Assembly: GCA_963748015.1 (NCBI GenBank)
Contig: CAVVHE010000005.1
Coordinates: 639,580-703,579 of the forward strand
DNA length: 64,000 nt
Origin: Terriglobia bacterium
GTDB lineage: Bacteria; Acidobacteriota; Polarisedimenticolia; Polarisedimenticolales; JAIQFR01
Reading direction: 5' to 3'
Positions 14,109 through 26,401 of the stretch are shown piece by piece. Position numbers and translations under genes: made by a program. Every line of letters starts with the position of its first letter. Within the stretch, counting starts at the first letter, position 1. The notes under the pieces were generated by a model. It saw only the letters and a program-made list of their open reading frames with translations, did not search any database and was not told the DNA's origin.

Positions 14109-15193
14109 TGCTGTTCCACCTCCTCTACCCCCTCCACGCGCACTTCGGGGCCTTCAACGTCTTCCGGTACATCACGTTCCGGAGCGCGATGGCCGTGCTC
14201 ACGGCGCTCCTGCTCTCCTTCGCGCTCGGGCCGGGGCTGATCCGCCGCCTGCGACAGTTCCAGATCGGGCAGGAGATCCGCGAGGAAGGCCCGAGCTCGC
14301 ACCAGTCGAAGCGCGGGACGCCGACGATGGGCGGCCTCCTGATCATCGCCTCGGTGGTGCTCCCGACGCTCCTCTGGGCGGACCTGCGCAACGAGTTCGT
14401 TTGGATCGCGGTCGCGTCGATGGTGCTCTTCGGGGCCATCGGCTTCGCCGACGACTACCTCAAGGTCGCGCGGAAGCGGAACCTCGGCCTGACCGCGCGG
14501 CGCAAGTTCGCGCTGCAGGTCCTCGTCGGCGGCGCGCTGGGAGCGCTGCTCCTCTGGCTGGCGTGGCAGGGCCACTTCTCGACGCGGCTGTCGTTCCCGT
14601 TCTTCAAGCTGGTCCTTCCCGACCTTTCGTGGGGGTACGTCCTCTTCGCGGTGCTCGTGCTCACGGGGTCGGCGAACGCCGTGAACCTGACCGACGGACT
14701 CGACGGCCTCGCCATCGGGACGGTGCTGGTCGTCTCGGCGGCCTTCACCGTGCTGGCGTACGCCGCGGGCAACGCGATCGTCGCCGACTACCTCGGCATC
14801 CCGAACGTCAAGGGAACCGGCGAGCTGACGGTTTACTGCGGGGCGCTCGTGGGGGCGAGCCTCGGGTTCCTCTGGTTCAACTGCCACCCCGCCGAGGTGT
14901 TCATGGGCGACGTCGGCTCCATGGCGCTCGGAGGGGCGATCGGGACGACGGCGCTCCTCATCAAGCAGGAGTTCCTGCTGGTGATCGCGGGCGGCCTCTT
15001 CGTGATCGAGGCGATGTCGGTGATCCTCCAGGTGGGATCGTTCAGGCTGCGCGGCGTTCGGATCTTCCGCATGTCGCCGCTGCACCACCATTTCGAGCTG
15101 GCGGGGTGGAGCGAGACGAAGGTCGTGATCCGCTTCTGGATCATCGCCATCATGTTCGCCCTTCTCGCGCTGGCCACGCTGAAGCTGAGGTGA
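14108..15193 (+). CDS. mraY: Phospho-MurNAc-pentapeptide transferase
   Basis: [41 protein letters not shown]. Confidence 0.97.
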   Translation: MLFHLLYPLHAHFGAFNVFRYITFRSAMAVLTALLLSFALGPGLIRRLRQFQIGQEIREEGPSSHQSKRGTPTMGGLLIIASVVLPTLLWADLRNEFVWIAVASMVLFGAIGFADDYLKVARKRNLGLTARRKFALQVLVGGALGALLLWLAWQGHFSTRLSFPFFKLVLPDLSWGYVLFAVLVLTGSANAVNLTDGLDGLAIGTVLVVSAAFTVLAYAAGNAIVADYLGIPNVKGTGELTVYCGALVGASLGFLWFNCHPAEVFMGDVGSMALGGAIGTTALLIKQEFLLVIAGGLFVIEAMSVILQVGSFRLRGVRIFRMSPLHHHFELAGWSETKVVIRFWIIAIMFALLALATLKLR

Positions 15194-15201
15194 CGGGGAT
15201 C

Positions 15202-16605
15202 ATGGTCGCGCCGGCCCTCTCGCGGAAGGAGCCGAGGCTCGCGGGCCTCAGGGCCCTCGTCGTGGGGCTCGGGCGCAGCGGCCTCGCCGCCGCGAGGCTC
15301 CTCGCGTCGAAGGACGCGCGCGTGACCGTCGCCGACCGCCGCGCTTCCGCGGAGCTCGGAAAGGCCGCCGAGGAAGCCGCGGCGGCCGGCGCCCTCCTGC
15401 TCTGCGGAGGGCACCCTCCCGCGCTTGCCGACGGCGCCGACCTGATCGTGGTGAGCCCGGGGGTCTCCGCGGACGAGCCGATCCTCGCGAGAGCGCGGGA
15501 GCTCGAGCTCCCGGTCTGGGCGGAGGTGGAGCTCGCCTTCCGGTTCTGCCACGGCGGGATCCTGGCGGTGACCGGCTCGAACGGGAAGAGCACGACGACC
15601 TCGATGGCCGGAGCGATCCTCCGCGAGGCGGGGGTCCCCGGCGGGACCGGCGGGAACCTCGGCACGCCGTTCGCCGAGCTGCTCCCGCTCGACGGCCCGT
15701 CGGCGGTGCACGCCCTCGAGCTGTCGTCGTTCCAGCTCGAGGCCATCGACGCCTTCCGCGCCGAGACGGCCCTCCTGCTCAACCTGAGCCCGGACCATCT
15801 CGACCGCTACCCGAGCTACGACGCCTACGCCGCCGCGAAGGCCCGCCTGCTCGAGGCGCAGAACGCCTCGGGGAACGCGATCTTGAACGCCGACGACGCG
15901 GAGAGCGAGAGGTTCCGCGCGTCGGTGCGCGGCCGCCTCCGCCTGTTCTCCACGCGCCGCGAGGTCGAGGACGGGGCGTTCCTCCGCCGCGGGGTGCTGG
16001 TCCTCCGGCTGGACGGGCGGGAGGAGGAAATCCTGCCGGCTTCGGAGCTGCGCGTCCCCGGCGAGCACAACGTCGCCAACGCGCTCGCCGCGGCGCTCGC
16101 GTGCCGCCTCGCGGGCTGCCAGACGGCGGCGATCGCGCGGGCCCTGCGCGCGTTCCGGGCGCTGCCGCACCGTCTCCAGCACGTCGGCACGCTCGACGGC
16201 GTCGAGTTCTACGACGACTCCAAGGCGACCAACCTCGACGCGGCGGAACGGGCGCTGGCGGCGTTCCCACCGGGACGCGTGCTGCTGATCCTCGGCGGGA
16301 AGGACAAGGGCGCCGACTGGCCGGCCCTCGCCCCGCGGGTCCGCGAGCACGCGCGCTGCGTCCTGCTCGTCGGGCAGGCGGCGCCCGCGGTGCGCGCGGG
16401 ACTCGAGGGCACGGTCCCGCTCTTCGACTGCCGCACGGTGGGGCGGGCCGTTCGCGCGGGGTACGAGCGCGCGAGGCCGGGAGACGTGGTGCTCCTGGCG
16501 CCGGGCTGCGCGTCGTTCGACCAGTACCGCAACTTCGAGGAGCGCGGCGACGACTTCCGGCGCGCGGTCGAGGCGCTGCTTCCGGGGGGAGGGCGAGATG
16601 CCTAA
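15202..16605 (+). CDS. murD: UDP-MurNAc-L-Ala:D-Glu ligase
   Basis: GLGRSG, SPGV, TGSNGKSTT, ELSSFQL, DHLDRY, DDSKATN, PGCASFDQY. Alternative GTG start at 15190. Confidence 0.96.
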   Translation: MVAPALSRKEPRLAGLRALVVGLGRSGLAAARLLASKDARVTVADRRASAELGKAAEEAAAAGALLLCGGHPPALADGADLIVVSPGVSADEPILARARELELPVWAEVELAFRFCHGGILAVTGSNGKSTTTSMAGAILREAGVPGGTGGNLGTPFAELLPLDGPSAVHALELSSFQLEAIDAFRAETALLLNLSPDHLDRYPSYDAYAAAKARLLEAQNASGNAILNADDAESERFRASVRGRLRLFSTRREVEDGAFLRRGVLVLRLDGREEEILPASELRVPGEHNVANALAAALACRLAGCQTAAIARALRAFRALPHRLQHVGTLDGVEFYDDSKATNLDAAERALAAFPPGRVLLILGGKDKGADWPALAPRVREHARCVLLVGQAAPAVRAGLEGTVPLFDCRTVGRAVRAGYERARPGDVVLLAPGCASFDQYRNFEERGDDFRRAVEALLPGGGRDA

Positions 16606-17689
16606 GCGCACGGCGCCCGACCGCTGGCTGCTCGTGATCGCCGGCCTCCTGACGCTCGCGGGCCTGTTCATGGTGGGGAGCTCCTCGCACTACCTCGCGA
16701 TGAGCCTCGGCCAGAGCCCGTACCACTACCTGCTCCGGCACGGCGTCTACGTGGTGCTCGGCGTGGCCGCCCTGCTCGCAGGCATGTGGCTCCCCTACCG
16801 GAAGCTCGACCATCCGCGGCTCGTGGCCGCCCTCGTCGGGATCTCGATCGCGGCGCTCGTGGCGGTGCTCGCGATGCCGGCCGCCGGCGGCGCGCGCCGC
16901 TGGTTCCCCCTCGGGATCGCGAGCGTCCAGCCGTCGGAGGTCGCGAAACTGGTCGTCATCGTGTTCATGGCCTACCTCCTCTCCCGCAAGGAGAGCCAGG
17001 TCAACGAGTTCTGGATCGTTCCGGCTCCGGCCGTCGCGGTCACCGGGATCATGGCGGCCCTGATCGCGGTCGAGCCCGATCTCGGCTCGGCGCTGATGGT
17101 CGCCGCGATGATGGGCGTGATGCTCTTCGTCGCCGGGCTGCGCTGGCGGTACATCGGCGCGGTGGTCGGGACGGGCGTCGTCGGGATCGCGGTCGCGATC
17201 GTGGCGGAGCCCTACCGGATCGCGCGGATCAGGACGTTCCTGCACCCCGAAGCGGACCTCCAGGGCTCGGGCTTCCAGCTCTGGCAGTCGCTCATCGCCG
17301 TCGGCAACGGCGGGTGGATCGGCGTCGGCCTCGGCCAGGGGCAGCAGAAGGCGTTCTACCTCCCCGCGGCCCACACGGACTTCATCTTCAGCGTGGTCGG
17401 CGAGGAGCTGGGCCTCGTGGGGACCGCGCTCCTGCTCGTCGCGTTCTCGCTCCTGTTCTGGCGCGGGATGCGCGCGGCGTTGCGCGCGCCGGACCGCTTC
17501 GGGTTCTACCTGGCGCTCGGGGCGACGAGCCTGCTGACGCTCCAGGCGCTGATCCACATGGCGGTGTGCCTCGGGCTGTTTCCGACGAAGGGCCTTCCGA
17601 TGCCGTTCATCAGCTACGGCGGATCGTCCCTCGTGGCGAGCATGGCCGCGACGGGCCTGTTGCTGAACGTGTCGCAGCATTCGAGCTGA
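16598..17689 (+). CDS. ftsW: SEDS glycosyltransferase FtsW
   Basis: GARRW, QPSEVAK, EPDLG, HTDFIF, PTKGLPMPFISYGGSS. Confidence 0.96.
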   Translation: MPKRTAPDRWLLVIAGLLTLAGLFMVGSSSHYLAMSLGQSPYHYLLRHGVYVVLGVAALLAGMWLPYRKLDHPRLVAALVGISIAALVAVLAMPAAGGARRWFPLGIASVQPSEVAKLVVIVFMAYLLSRKESQVNEFWIVPAPAVAVTGIMAALIAVEPDLGSALMVAAMMGVMLFVAGLRWRYIGAVVGTGVVGIAVAIVAEPYRIARIRTFLHPEADLQGSGFQLWQSLIAVGNGGWIGVGLGQGQQKAFYLPAAHTDFIFSVVGEELGLVGTALLLVAFSLLFWRGMRAALRAPDRFGFYLALGATSLLTLQALIHMAVCLGLFPTKGLPMPFISYGGSSLVASMAATGLLLNVSQHSS

Positions 17690-17694
17690 GCGGG

Positions 17695-18839
17695 ATGAGG
17701 GGGAGAGCGGGTGCTTCGAGGATCGTCGTCGCGGGGGGGGAACGGGCGGACATCTCTTCCCCGCGCTCGCGGTGGCGGACGAGCTCAGGCGGCGGCACCC
17801 GGACGCGGCGATCTCGTTCGTCGGCGGAACGCGCGGGCTCGAGACGAAGCTGGTCCCGGCCGGCGGGTATCCGCTCCGGACGATGTGGCTCGCGGGGCTC
17901 AAGGGAGCCGGTGTTCCGGCGAGAGTTGCGGCGGCCGTCGCCGCGGCACTCGCCACGGTCCGGTGCCTGGCGTGGATGGTCCGCGACAGGCCGGACCTCG
18001 CGATCGGGGTCGGAGGGTACGCGTCGGGGCCCGCGATGCTGGCCGCGAGGCTTCTCGGCGTGAGAACGATGGTGATGGAGCAGAACCACTTCCCGGGAGC
18101 GGTCAACCGCCACCTCGCGCCGCGGGTGGACGCGGTGTGCGTCCCCTCCGAGGCGGCGCGCGCGCGGCTCGGCGGCCGCGGGATCGTCACCGGGAACCCG
18201 GTCCGCCGCGAGTTCGCCTCGATCGGTCCCCCGCCGGCCGCGAGCGAGGCCTCGCTCCTGGTCTTCGGCGGCAGCCGGGGCGCCTCGTCCATCAACCGCG
18301 CCGCCGCCGGCGCGCTCCCCCTCCTCGCGCAACTCTCCCCGCCGCCGAGGATCGTGCACCAGACCGGAGAGGCGGACGTGGCGGACGTGGCCGCCGCCTA
18401 CCGGGCGTATCCGGGCCCCCACGAGGTGCGCGCCTTCCTCGACGACATGCCGGCGCGGCTGGCCGCGGCCGACCTCGTCGTGTCGCGCGCCGGTGCCACG
18501 ACCCTCGCGGAGCTAGCGGCCGCCGGGCGCCCGGCGATCCTCGTCCCCTACCCGTTCGCCGCCGACGACCACCAGCGGCTGAACGCGGAGGCGGTCGAGG
18601 GGGCGGGGGCCGCGGTCGTCCTCCTCGACCGCGACCTCGACGGGAGCCGCCTCGCGGAGGCCGTCGCCTCGCTCGTCGCCGACCCCGCGCGGCGGCGGGC
18701 GATGGGAGACGCCGCGCGGCGCCTCGCGCGCATCGATGCCGCTTCGCTCATCGCGGACGTCGCGGACGCGCTGCTCGAGGGACGCGCTCCGTCCGCGGGG
18801 GACGCTCCATCGAGGAAGGAGGCGCGCGATGTTTCGTAA
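17695..18839 (+). CDS. murG: MurG glycosyltransferase (apparent 1-nt deletion in G8 run at 17733-17740)
   Basis: Adding one G restores [16 protein letters not shown]; also GGYAS, EQN, GNPVR, GGSRGA, RAGATT, HQRLNA. Confidence 0.94.
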
Positions 18840-20224
18840 GGCGAGGCGCCTCCACTTCGTCGGGATCGGCGGGGCCGGCATGAGCGGCATCGCCGAGGTC
18901 CTCGTGAACCTGGGCTACCCGGTCTCGGGATCCGACCTCGCGGCGGGTCCCGCGACGCGGCGCCTCCGGAAGCTGGGGGCCACCGTGCAGCGCGGCCACC
19001 GCGCGTCGCACGTCCACGACGCCGACGTGGTCGTCGTGTCGACCGCCGTCCCGCCGGACAACCCCGAGGTGGTCGAGGCGCGCCGCCGGAAGATCCCGGT
19101 GATCCCGCGTGCCGAGATGCTCGCGGAGCTGATGCGGATGAAGTACGGCGTCGCCGTCGCGGGCTCCCACGGGAAGACGACGACGACCGCCATGACGGCC
19201 GCCGTGCTCGCGAGCGGCGGCCTCGACCCGACCGTGGTCATCGGCGGGCGGATCGGGACGCTCAAGTCGGGGGCGAAGCTCGGCAAGGGCGAGATCATGG
19301 TCGCCGAGGCCGACGAGTCGGACGGCTCGTTCCTCAAGATGAAGCCCACGATCGCGGTCGTCACCAACATCGACCGCGAGCACCTCGACCACTACGCCGA
19401 CCTCCTCGAGATCCAGGACGCGTTCGTGCAGTTCCTGTCGCGCGTCCCGTTCTACGGCGCGGTGGTGGCGTGCGTGGACGATCCGAACGTCCGCGCCGTC
19501 CTCCCGCGCGTGGACCGCAGGGTGATCTCCTACGGCCTCTCGAGCGACGCCGAGATCTCCGCGGCCGACGTGGCGGTCTCGGGCTTCGGCTCGAGCTTCG
19601 TAGCGCTCCGCCGCGGGACTCGTCTCGGCGCGGTGAAGCTCCAGGTGCCGGGGCGGCACTCGGTCTACAACGCGCTCGCGTCGATCGCGGTCGGGCTCGA
19701 GCTGGACGTCCCCTTCGCGTCGGCCGCGCGGGCGCTCTCCCGCTTCAAGGGGGTGGACCGCCGGTTCCAGCTCCGCGGGACGGCCTTCGGCGCGATGGTG
19801 GTGGACGATTACGGCCACCACCCGACGGAGATCTCGGCGACCCTCGCCGCGGCGCGCGAGGGGTTCGGCGTGCGCACGATCGTGGTGTTCCAGCCGCACC
19901 GCTTCACCCGCACGCGGGCGCTCCTCGAGGAGTTCGGCCGCGCCTTCTTCCTCGCGGACCGGGTCATCGTGACCGAGATCTACGGCGCCGGGGAAGCGCC
20001 GATCCCCGGTGTCGACGGCGCCTCGGTGGCCGACGCGCTCGTGCGGCACGGGCATCCCGTCGGTGACGTTCGAGCCCACCTTCTCGAAGATCCCCCAGCT
20101 GCTGCGCGGGATCCTGCTCGAGGGGGACCTGGTCCTGACCCTCGGCGCCGGCAACGTGTGGAAGGTGGGCGAGGACCTGATCCGGCTCTCCTCGGGGCCC
20201 AAGCGTGGCGGGAGGAAACGGTGA
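18829..20224 (+). CDS. murC: UDP-MurNAc:L-Ala ligase (apparent 1-nt insertion near 20056-20059)
   Basis: [42 protein letters not shown]. The conserved C-terminus ([12 protein letters not shown]) is in the +1 frame, ending at TGA 20224. Confidence 0.94.
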
Positions 20225-21072
20225 TCGTCGAGCGCGGCACGCCGACCGCCGAGCCCGATCGCCGCTACTGGCGGCGCAGGGTGAACCGCGAGGTCCGCAA
20301 GGCGCGGCGCGCGCGGACCTTCTTCAGGTGGCTCCTGATCGTCGGAGTGAACCTCGTCGTGGCGGCGTTCCTCGTGTACTCGGGCTGGCAGGCGATGCTG
20401 CACGTCACCACGACGCCGGCGCTCGCGCTGACGGCCGTGGAGGTGGAAGGCGCCGCGCGCACGTCGCCGCAGGCCATCCGCGCGCTGCTCGCCCCGTACG
20501 TCGGCCGCAACCTCTTGACGCTCGACCTCGACGCGATCGCGGCGCGCGCGGCGTCCGATCCCTGGGTGCGCGAGGCGGCGGTGCGGCGGATCCTGCCGCA
20601 CACGCTGCGCGTCGCGGTGGTCGAGCGCGCGCCCGCGGCGCTCGCGGTGATCCGCGGCGTCGTCCACGTGGTGGACGAGACGGGATTCGTGATGGCCCCC
20701 GCGGGCCCCGAGGTCCCGCTCGACCAGCCGGTGCTCACGGGGCTCGACCGGCTGGGCGGCGCCTCGCTCACGGGCGCGCTCGCCTCGGGCGCCCGGGCGA
20801 TCGCGCGCCTCAAGGCGGCGAGCCCGTCGTGGGAGCGGGAAGTCTCGGAGCTCGACCTGTCGCAGCCTGACCGGATCGCGGTGGTCACCCGCAAGGCGGG
20901 CCCCCGGATCCTTCTCGACGCCGAAAGCGTGGAACGGAACCTGAACGATTACCTCGCCCTCAAGCCCGAAGTCGAGAGGCGGATGGGGCCGGCGGCTTAC
21001 GTCGACCTTCGCTGGAGCCGCCGGATCTCGATTCTGCCGGCCGGGGACGATTCCCTCGCGGAGACCAACTAA
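20221..21072 (+). CDS. ftsQ: Cell division protein FtsQ/DivIB
   Basis: GTG 20221 after GGAGG; TM, POTRA ([23 protein letters not shown]), YVDLRW. Confidence 0.88.
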   Translation: MIVERGTPTAEPDRRYWRRRVNREVRKARRARTFFRWLLIVGVNLVVAAFLVYSGWQAMLHVTTTPALALTAVEVEGAARTSPQAIRALLAPYVGRNLLTLDLDAIAARAASDPWVREAAVRRILPHTLRVAVVERAPAALAVIRGVVHVVDETGFVMAPAGPEVPLDQPVLTGLDRLGGASLTGALASGARAIARLKAASPSWEREVSELDLSQPDRIAVVTRKAGPRILLDAESVERNLNDYLALKPEVERRMGPAAYVDLRWSRRISILPAGDDSLAETN

Positions 21073-21074
21073 TC

Positions 21075-22322
21075 ATGGCCAGGAACGAGCGTTACGTCGT
21101 GGGGCTCGACATCGGGACCACCCGCATCTCGTGCGTCGTCGCCGAGATGAAGGAGCAGGGAAACGTGGAGGTGGTGGGCCTCGGCGAGGCTCCCTCGCGC
21201 GGGCTGCGCAAGGGGGTCGTGGTCCACCTCGACATGACCGTGGAGGCGATCAAGGCCGCCGTCGAGCAGGCGGAGGTCATGGCGGGGGTGAACGTCGAGT
21301 CGGCGACCGTCGGGATCGCCGGCCCGCACATCCGCAGCTTCAACAGCCGGGGGGTGGTGGCGGTGTCCGGCAAGGACCGGACCGTCTCGAAGGAGGACGT
21401 GAAGCGCGTGCTCGACGCCGCGCGCGCGGTGAGCATCCCCCAGGACCGCGAGATCCTCCACGTGCTGCCGCAGGAGTTCGTGCTGGACAACCAGGGAGGG
21501 ATCACGTCGCCCGTGGGGCTCAACGGATCGCGCCTCGAGGCGAACGTGCACATCGTGACCGCCTCGACCACCTCGGTGCAGAACCTCGTCACGTGCGTCA
21601 ACCGCGCCGGCGTCGAGGTGCGGGACACGGTGCTCGAGTCGCTCGCGTCCGCCGAGGCGGTGCTCGGCCAGGACGAGAAGGAGCTCGGCGTCGCGCTGAT
21701 CGACGTGGGCGGCGGGACCACCGATCTCGCCATTTTCGAGCGCGGCTCGATCTGGCACACCTCGGTGCTGCCCGTCGGCGGGGGCCACTTCACCAACGAC
21801 CTCGCGGTCGGCCTTCGCACGCCGATCCCGGACGCGGAGCGCCTGAAGCTCAAGCACGGCTGCGCGCTCGCGACGATGGTGGAGGACAACGACGCCATCG
21901 AGGTCGCGTCCATCGGCGGCGAGCGGAAGCCGAGGCTGCTGCAGCGCCAGGTGATGGCGTCGATCCTGCAGCCCCGCGCCGAGGAGATCTTCACCCTGCT
22001 CCGCGAGGAGGTCGGGCGGGCGGGGTTCGAGAAGCAGCTCAACGCCGGGCTGGTGCTGACCGGCGGGGGGAGCCTGCTGCCGGGGATGACCGAGGTCGCC
22101 GAGCAGGTGTTCGACCTTCCCGTCCGGCGCGGCCAGGCGGGAGCCGAGGTCGGCCTCGGCGGCACCGGGTGCGGCCCGCAGCACGGCTCGGCCATCGGGC
22201 TCGCGCTGTACGGCGCGCACCACCGACGCCCGGGGACCCGGCCGTCGCTGCACCCGGGCGGGGGCTTTCTGGGACGGTTCGGCGGCCGCATCAAGGGTCT
22301 GTTCAGGGAAATGTTCTTCTGA
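21075..22322 (+). CDS. ftsA: Cell division protein FtsA
   Basis: GLDIGTT, GLRKGVV, DVGGGTT, LTGGGSLL, C-terminal amphipathic helix. Confidence 0.97.
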   Translation: MARNERYVVGLDIGTTRISCVVAEMKEQGNVEVVGLGEAPSRGLRKGVVVHLDMTVEAIKAAVEQAEVMAGVNVESATVGIAGPHIRSFNSRGVVAVSGKDRTVSKEDVKRVLDAARAVSIPQDREILHVLPQEFVLDNQGGITSPVGLNGSRLEANVHIVTASTTSVQNLVTCVNRAGVEVRDTVLESLASAEAVLGQDEKELGVALIDVGGGTTDLAIFERGSIWHTSVLPVGGGHFTNDLAVGLRTPIPDAERLKLKHGCALATMVEDNDAIEVASIGGERKPRLLQRQVMASILQPRAEEIFTLLREEVGRAGFEKQLNAGLVLTGGGSLLPGMTEVAEQVFDLPVRRGQAGAEVGLGGTGCGPQHGSAIGLALYGAHHRRPGTRPSLHPGGGFLGRFGGRIKGLFREMFF

Positions 22323-22374
22323 AGACGAGGCGGGAACGCTCACGGCAAGACGATAATCGGGGAGAGGGGACAAG

Positions 22375-23601
22375 ATGATCACGATGGACGACGATTCGCG
22401 CCGGATCCGGCCGATTCACGTGGCGTTCGACGACGCACAGGCGTCGGCGGCGAACATCAAGGTGATCGGGGTCGGCGGCGGGGGCGGCAACGCGGTCAAC
22501 CGCATGATCGCCAAGGGGGTCTGCGGCGTCGAGTTCCTGGCGGCGAACACCGACTGCCAGGCGCTCAAGTCGCACCGGGCCTCGGTCAAGCTCCAGCTCG
22601 GCGCGAAGCTCACGAAGGGGCTCGGCGCGGGCTCGAACCCCGAGGTCGGCCGCAGCGCCGCTCTCGAGGACACCGACAAGGTGCTCGAGCTGCTGAGCGG
22701 CGCCGACATGGTCTTCGTGACCGCGGGCCTCGGGGGCGGCACGGGGACCGGCGCCTCGCCGATCATCGCGAACCTGGCGCGCGAGATGGGCGCCCTGGTG
22801 GTCGCGGTCGTGACCAAGCCCTTCGATTTCGAGGGGCGCCGGAGGAAGGCGCAGGCCGAGGAAGGGCTCGCCGGGCTCCGGCAGGTCGTGGACACGGTGA
22901 TCACGATCCCCAACGACAAGCTGCTCCACACGGTCGAGAGGGGAACGCCGCTCGCCGAGGCGTTCCTGATGGCCGACGACATCCTGCGGCAGGCCGTGCA
23001 GGGGATCTCCGACCTGATCACCGTGCCCGGGGAGATCAACCTCGACTTCGCGGACGTGAAGACGATCATGTCCGGCATGGGGATGGCGCTGATGGGGACC
23101 GGTGTCGCGGAGGGCGAGCACCGCGCCGTCGAGGCGGCGCAGCGCGCGATCTCCTCGCCGCTCCTCGAGGACGCGTCCATCCACGGCGCCCGCGGCGTGC
23201 TGATCAACATCACCGGCGGGGAGGACATGACGCTGCACGAGGTGTCGGACGCGGCGGAGATCATCCACGAGGCCGCCGACCCCGACGCCAACATCATCTT
23301 CGGGACCGTGATCGACCGAGCGATGAAGGGAACCGTCAAGGTCACCGTGATCGCGACCGGCTTCGTGCGCGAGGACCAGCGCGGTCTCGCGGCCCTGTCG
23401 GGAATCGCCCGCGCGTCGGCCCGTCCCTCCGTCTCCTCGCAGGAGCCCCCGCCGGCCGTCGTCCGCAACCCGGACCGCTTCCTGAGGCACGGCAACGAGA
23501 AGCTCGAGTTCGACAACACCGACGAGGGGTGGACGCCGAACCTGAGCGTCACGAAGGACGACCTCGACGTCCCCGCGTTCCTGCGGAAGCAGATGGACTG
23601 A
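22375..23601 (+). CDS. ftsZ: Cell division protein FtsZ
   Basis: [29 protein letters not shown]-terminal [10 protein letters not shown]. Confidence 0.98.
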   Translation: MITMDDDSRRIRPIHVAFDDAQASAANIKVIGVGGGGGNAVNRMIAKGVCGVEFLAANTDCQALKSHRASVKLQLGAKLTKGLGAGSNPEVGRSAALEDTDKVLELLSGADMVFVTAGLGGGTGTGASPIIANLAREMGALVVAVVTKPFDFEGRRRKAQAEEGLAGLRQVVDTVITIPNDKLLHTVERGTPLAEAFLMADDILRQAVQGISDLITVPGEINLDFADVKTIMSGMGMALMGTGVAEGEHRAVEAAQRAISSPLLEDASIHGARGVLINITGGEDMTLHEVSDAAEIIHEAADPDANIIFGTVIDRAMKGTVKVTVIATGFVREDQRGLAALSGIARASARPSVSSQEPPPAVVRNPDRFLRHGNEKLEFDNTDEGWTPNLSVTKDDLDVPAFLRKQMD

Positions 23602-23607
23602 GGCGCG

Positions 23608-24591
23608 ATGATCGAAGAGGCGGTGAGTGCCGAGGCTCTCACCCGGATCCTGGTAGTGGACGATGATCCGGAGACGGCGCGGCTCCTCCGCACCTGGTTC
23701 CGCGGGCAACCGTACGAGATCCTCGAGGCCAGGGACGGCGCCGCGGGGCTCGAGGCCGCCGCGCGGGAGCTGCCCGACCTCATCCTGCTAGACCTCAAGA
23801 TGCCGGTGCTCGACGGGCACGAGGTGGCCAGGGGCCTGAAGCGCGAGCCCACCACGAACGGGATCCCCGTCATCCTGCTGTCCGCGGTGAACACCATCGA
23901 GGCGAAGGTCGAGGCGTTCGCCGCGGGGGTGGATGACTACGTGGTCAAGCCGTTCGCGTTCGAGGAGGTGGACGCGCGGATCCGGGCGATGCTGCGGAAA
24001 CGGGAGCTTTACCGCCAGAAGGACAATCTGGCGCGCAACCTCCAGGCGACCAACGCGCGCCTCAACGACCTGCTGCAGGTGGACGAGAAGACCGGCCTCC
24101 AAACTTTCCGGGACTTCCAGCGGCACCTGGCCCAGGAGTGGCTGCGGGCGCAGCGCTACGGCATGCCTCTCTCGCTCGTCATGCTCGACCTCGACGACTT
24201 CAAGCGCGTCAACGACACCCTCGGCCACCCGGCGGGCGACCGGGCCCTCAAGGAGTTCGCGACGCTCGTCCGCGGAGGCGCGCGCGCGACCGACGTCCCC
24301 GCGCGGTTCGGCGGCGAGGAGTTCGCGATCATCCTGCCCCACACCACGGGGACGATGGCCGCGCTGGTCGCCGAGCGCATCCTCGCCGCGGTGCGCGAGT
24401 TCGTCTTCCTCGGCGAGGACATGCCGACGCGCCTCACCGTCTCCGGCGGCGTCGCCACCTTCCCCTCCCACCCCGACATCAACAGCCCCGACGCCCTCGT
24501 GCGCGCCGCCGACCGCGCCCTCTACCGCGCGAAGGAGCAGGGAAAGAACCGCGTCGTCGTGGACGACGCCTCGGCGGCGTCCCCGAACTGA
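23608..24591 (+). CDS. REC-GGDEF diguanylate cyclase (PleD/WspR-like)
   Basis: Receiver VVDDD..LLDLKMP..KPF; DLDDFKRVNDTLGH, I-site RATD, active site GGEEF. Confidence 0.93.
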   Translation: MIEEAVSAEALTRILVVDDDPETARLLRTWFRGQPYEILEARDGAAGLEAAARELPDLILLDLKMPVLDGHEVARGLKREPTTNGIPVILLSAVNTIEAKVEAFAAGVDDYVVKPFAFEEVDARIRAMLRKRELYRQKDNLARNLQATNARLNDLLQVDEKTGLQTFRDFQRHLAQEWLRAQRYGMPLSLVMLDLDDFKRVNDTLGHPAGDRALKEFATLVRGGARATDVPARFGGEEFAIILPHTTGTMAALVAERILAAVREFVFLGEDMPTRLTVSGGVATFPSHPDINSPDALVRAADRALYRAKEQGKNRVVVDDASAASPN

Positions 24592-24598
24592 GCCGCCC

Positions 24599-26233
<1,635 letters not shown>

Positions 26234-26401
26234 GAAGCGGACAGGTTAGCACGCGGCTGCAGGGAGGCGGCCGTTCCGGATCGAGCGCGACCGCGGTATG
26301 CTTCCCGGCAGCGAACGAGCTGCCGAGGGGGTCCGTCACGGGATGCGAAGCCGATTGGGGGTCGCCACGGCAAAGTCTCGTTCCCGTTCGGTGACGCGGC
26401 G

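Noticed and set aside
18736..21072. MurC-FtsQ fusion (778 aa)
   Set aside because: The true MurC C-terminus is in the +1 frame and stops at the GTGA overlap with ftsQ; best explained by one extra base.
22340..22374. Possible internal ftsZ promoter (GATAAT)
   Set aside because: No convincing -35 or extended -10 element.
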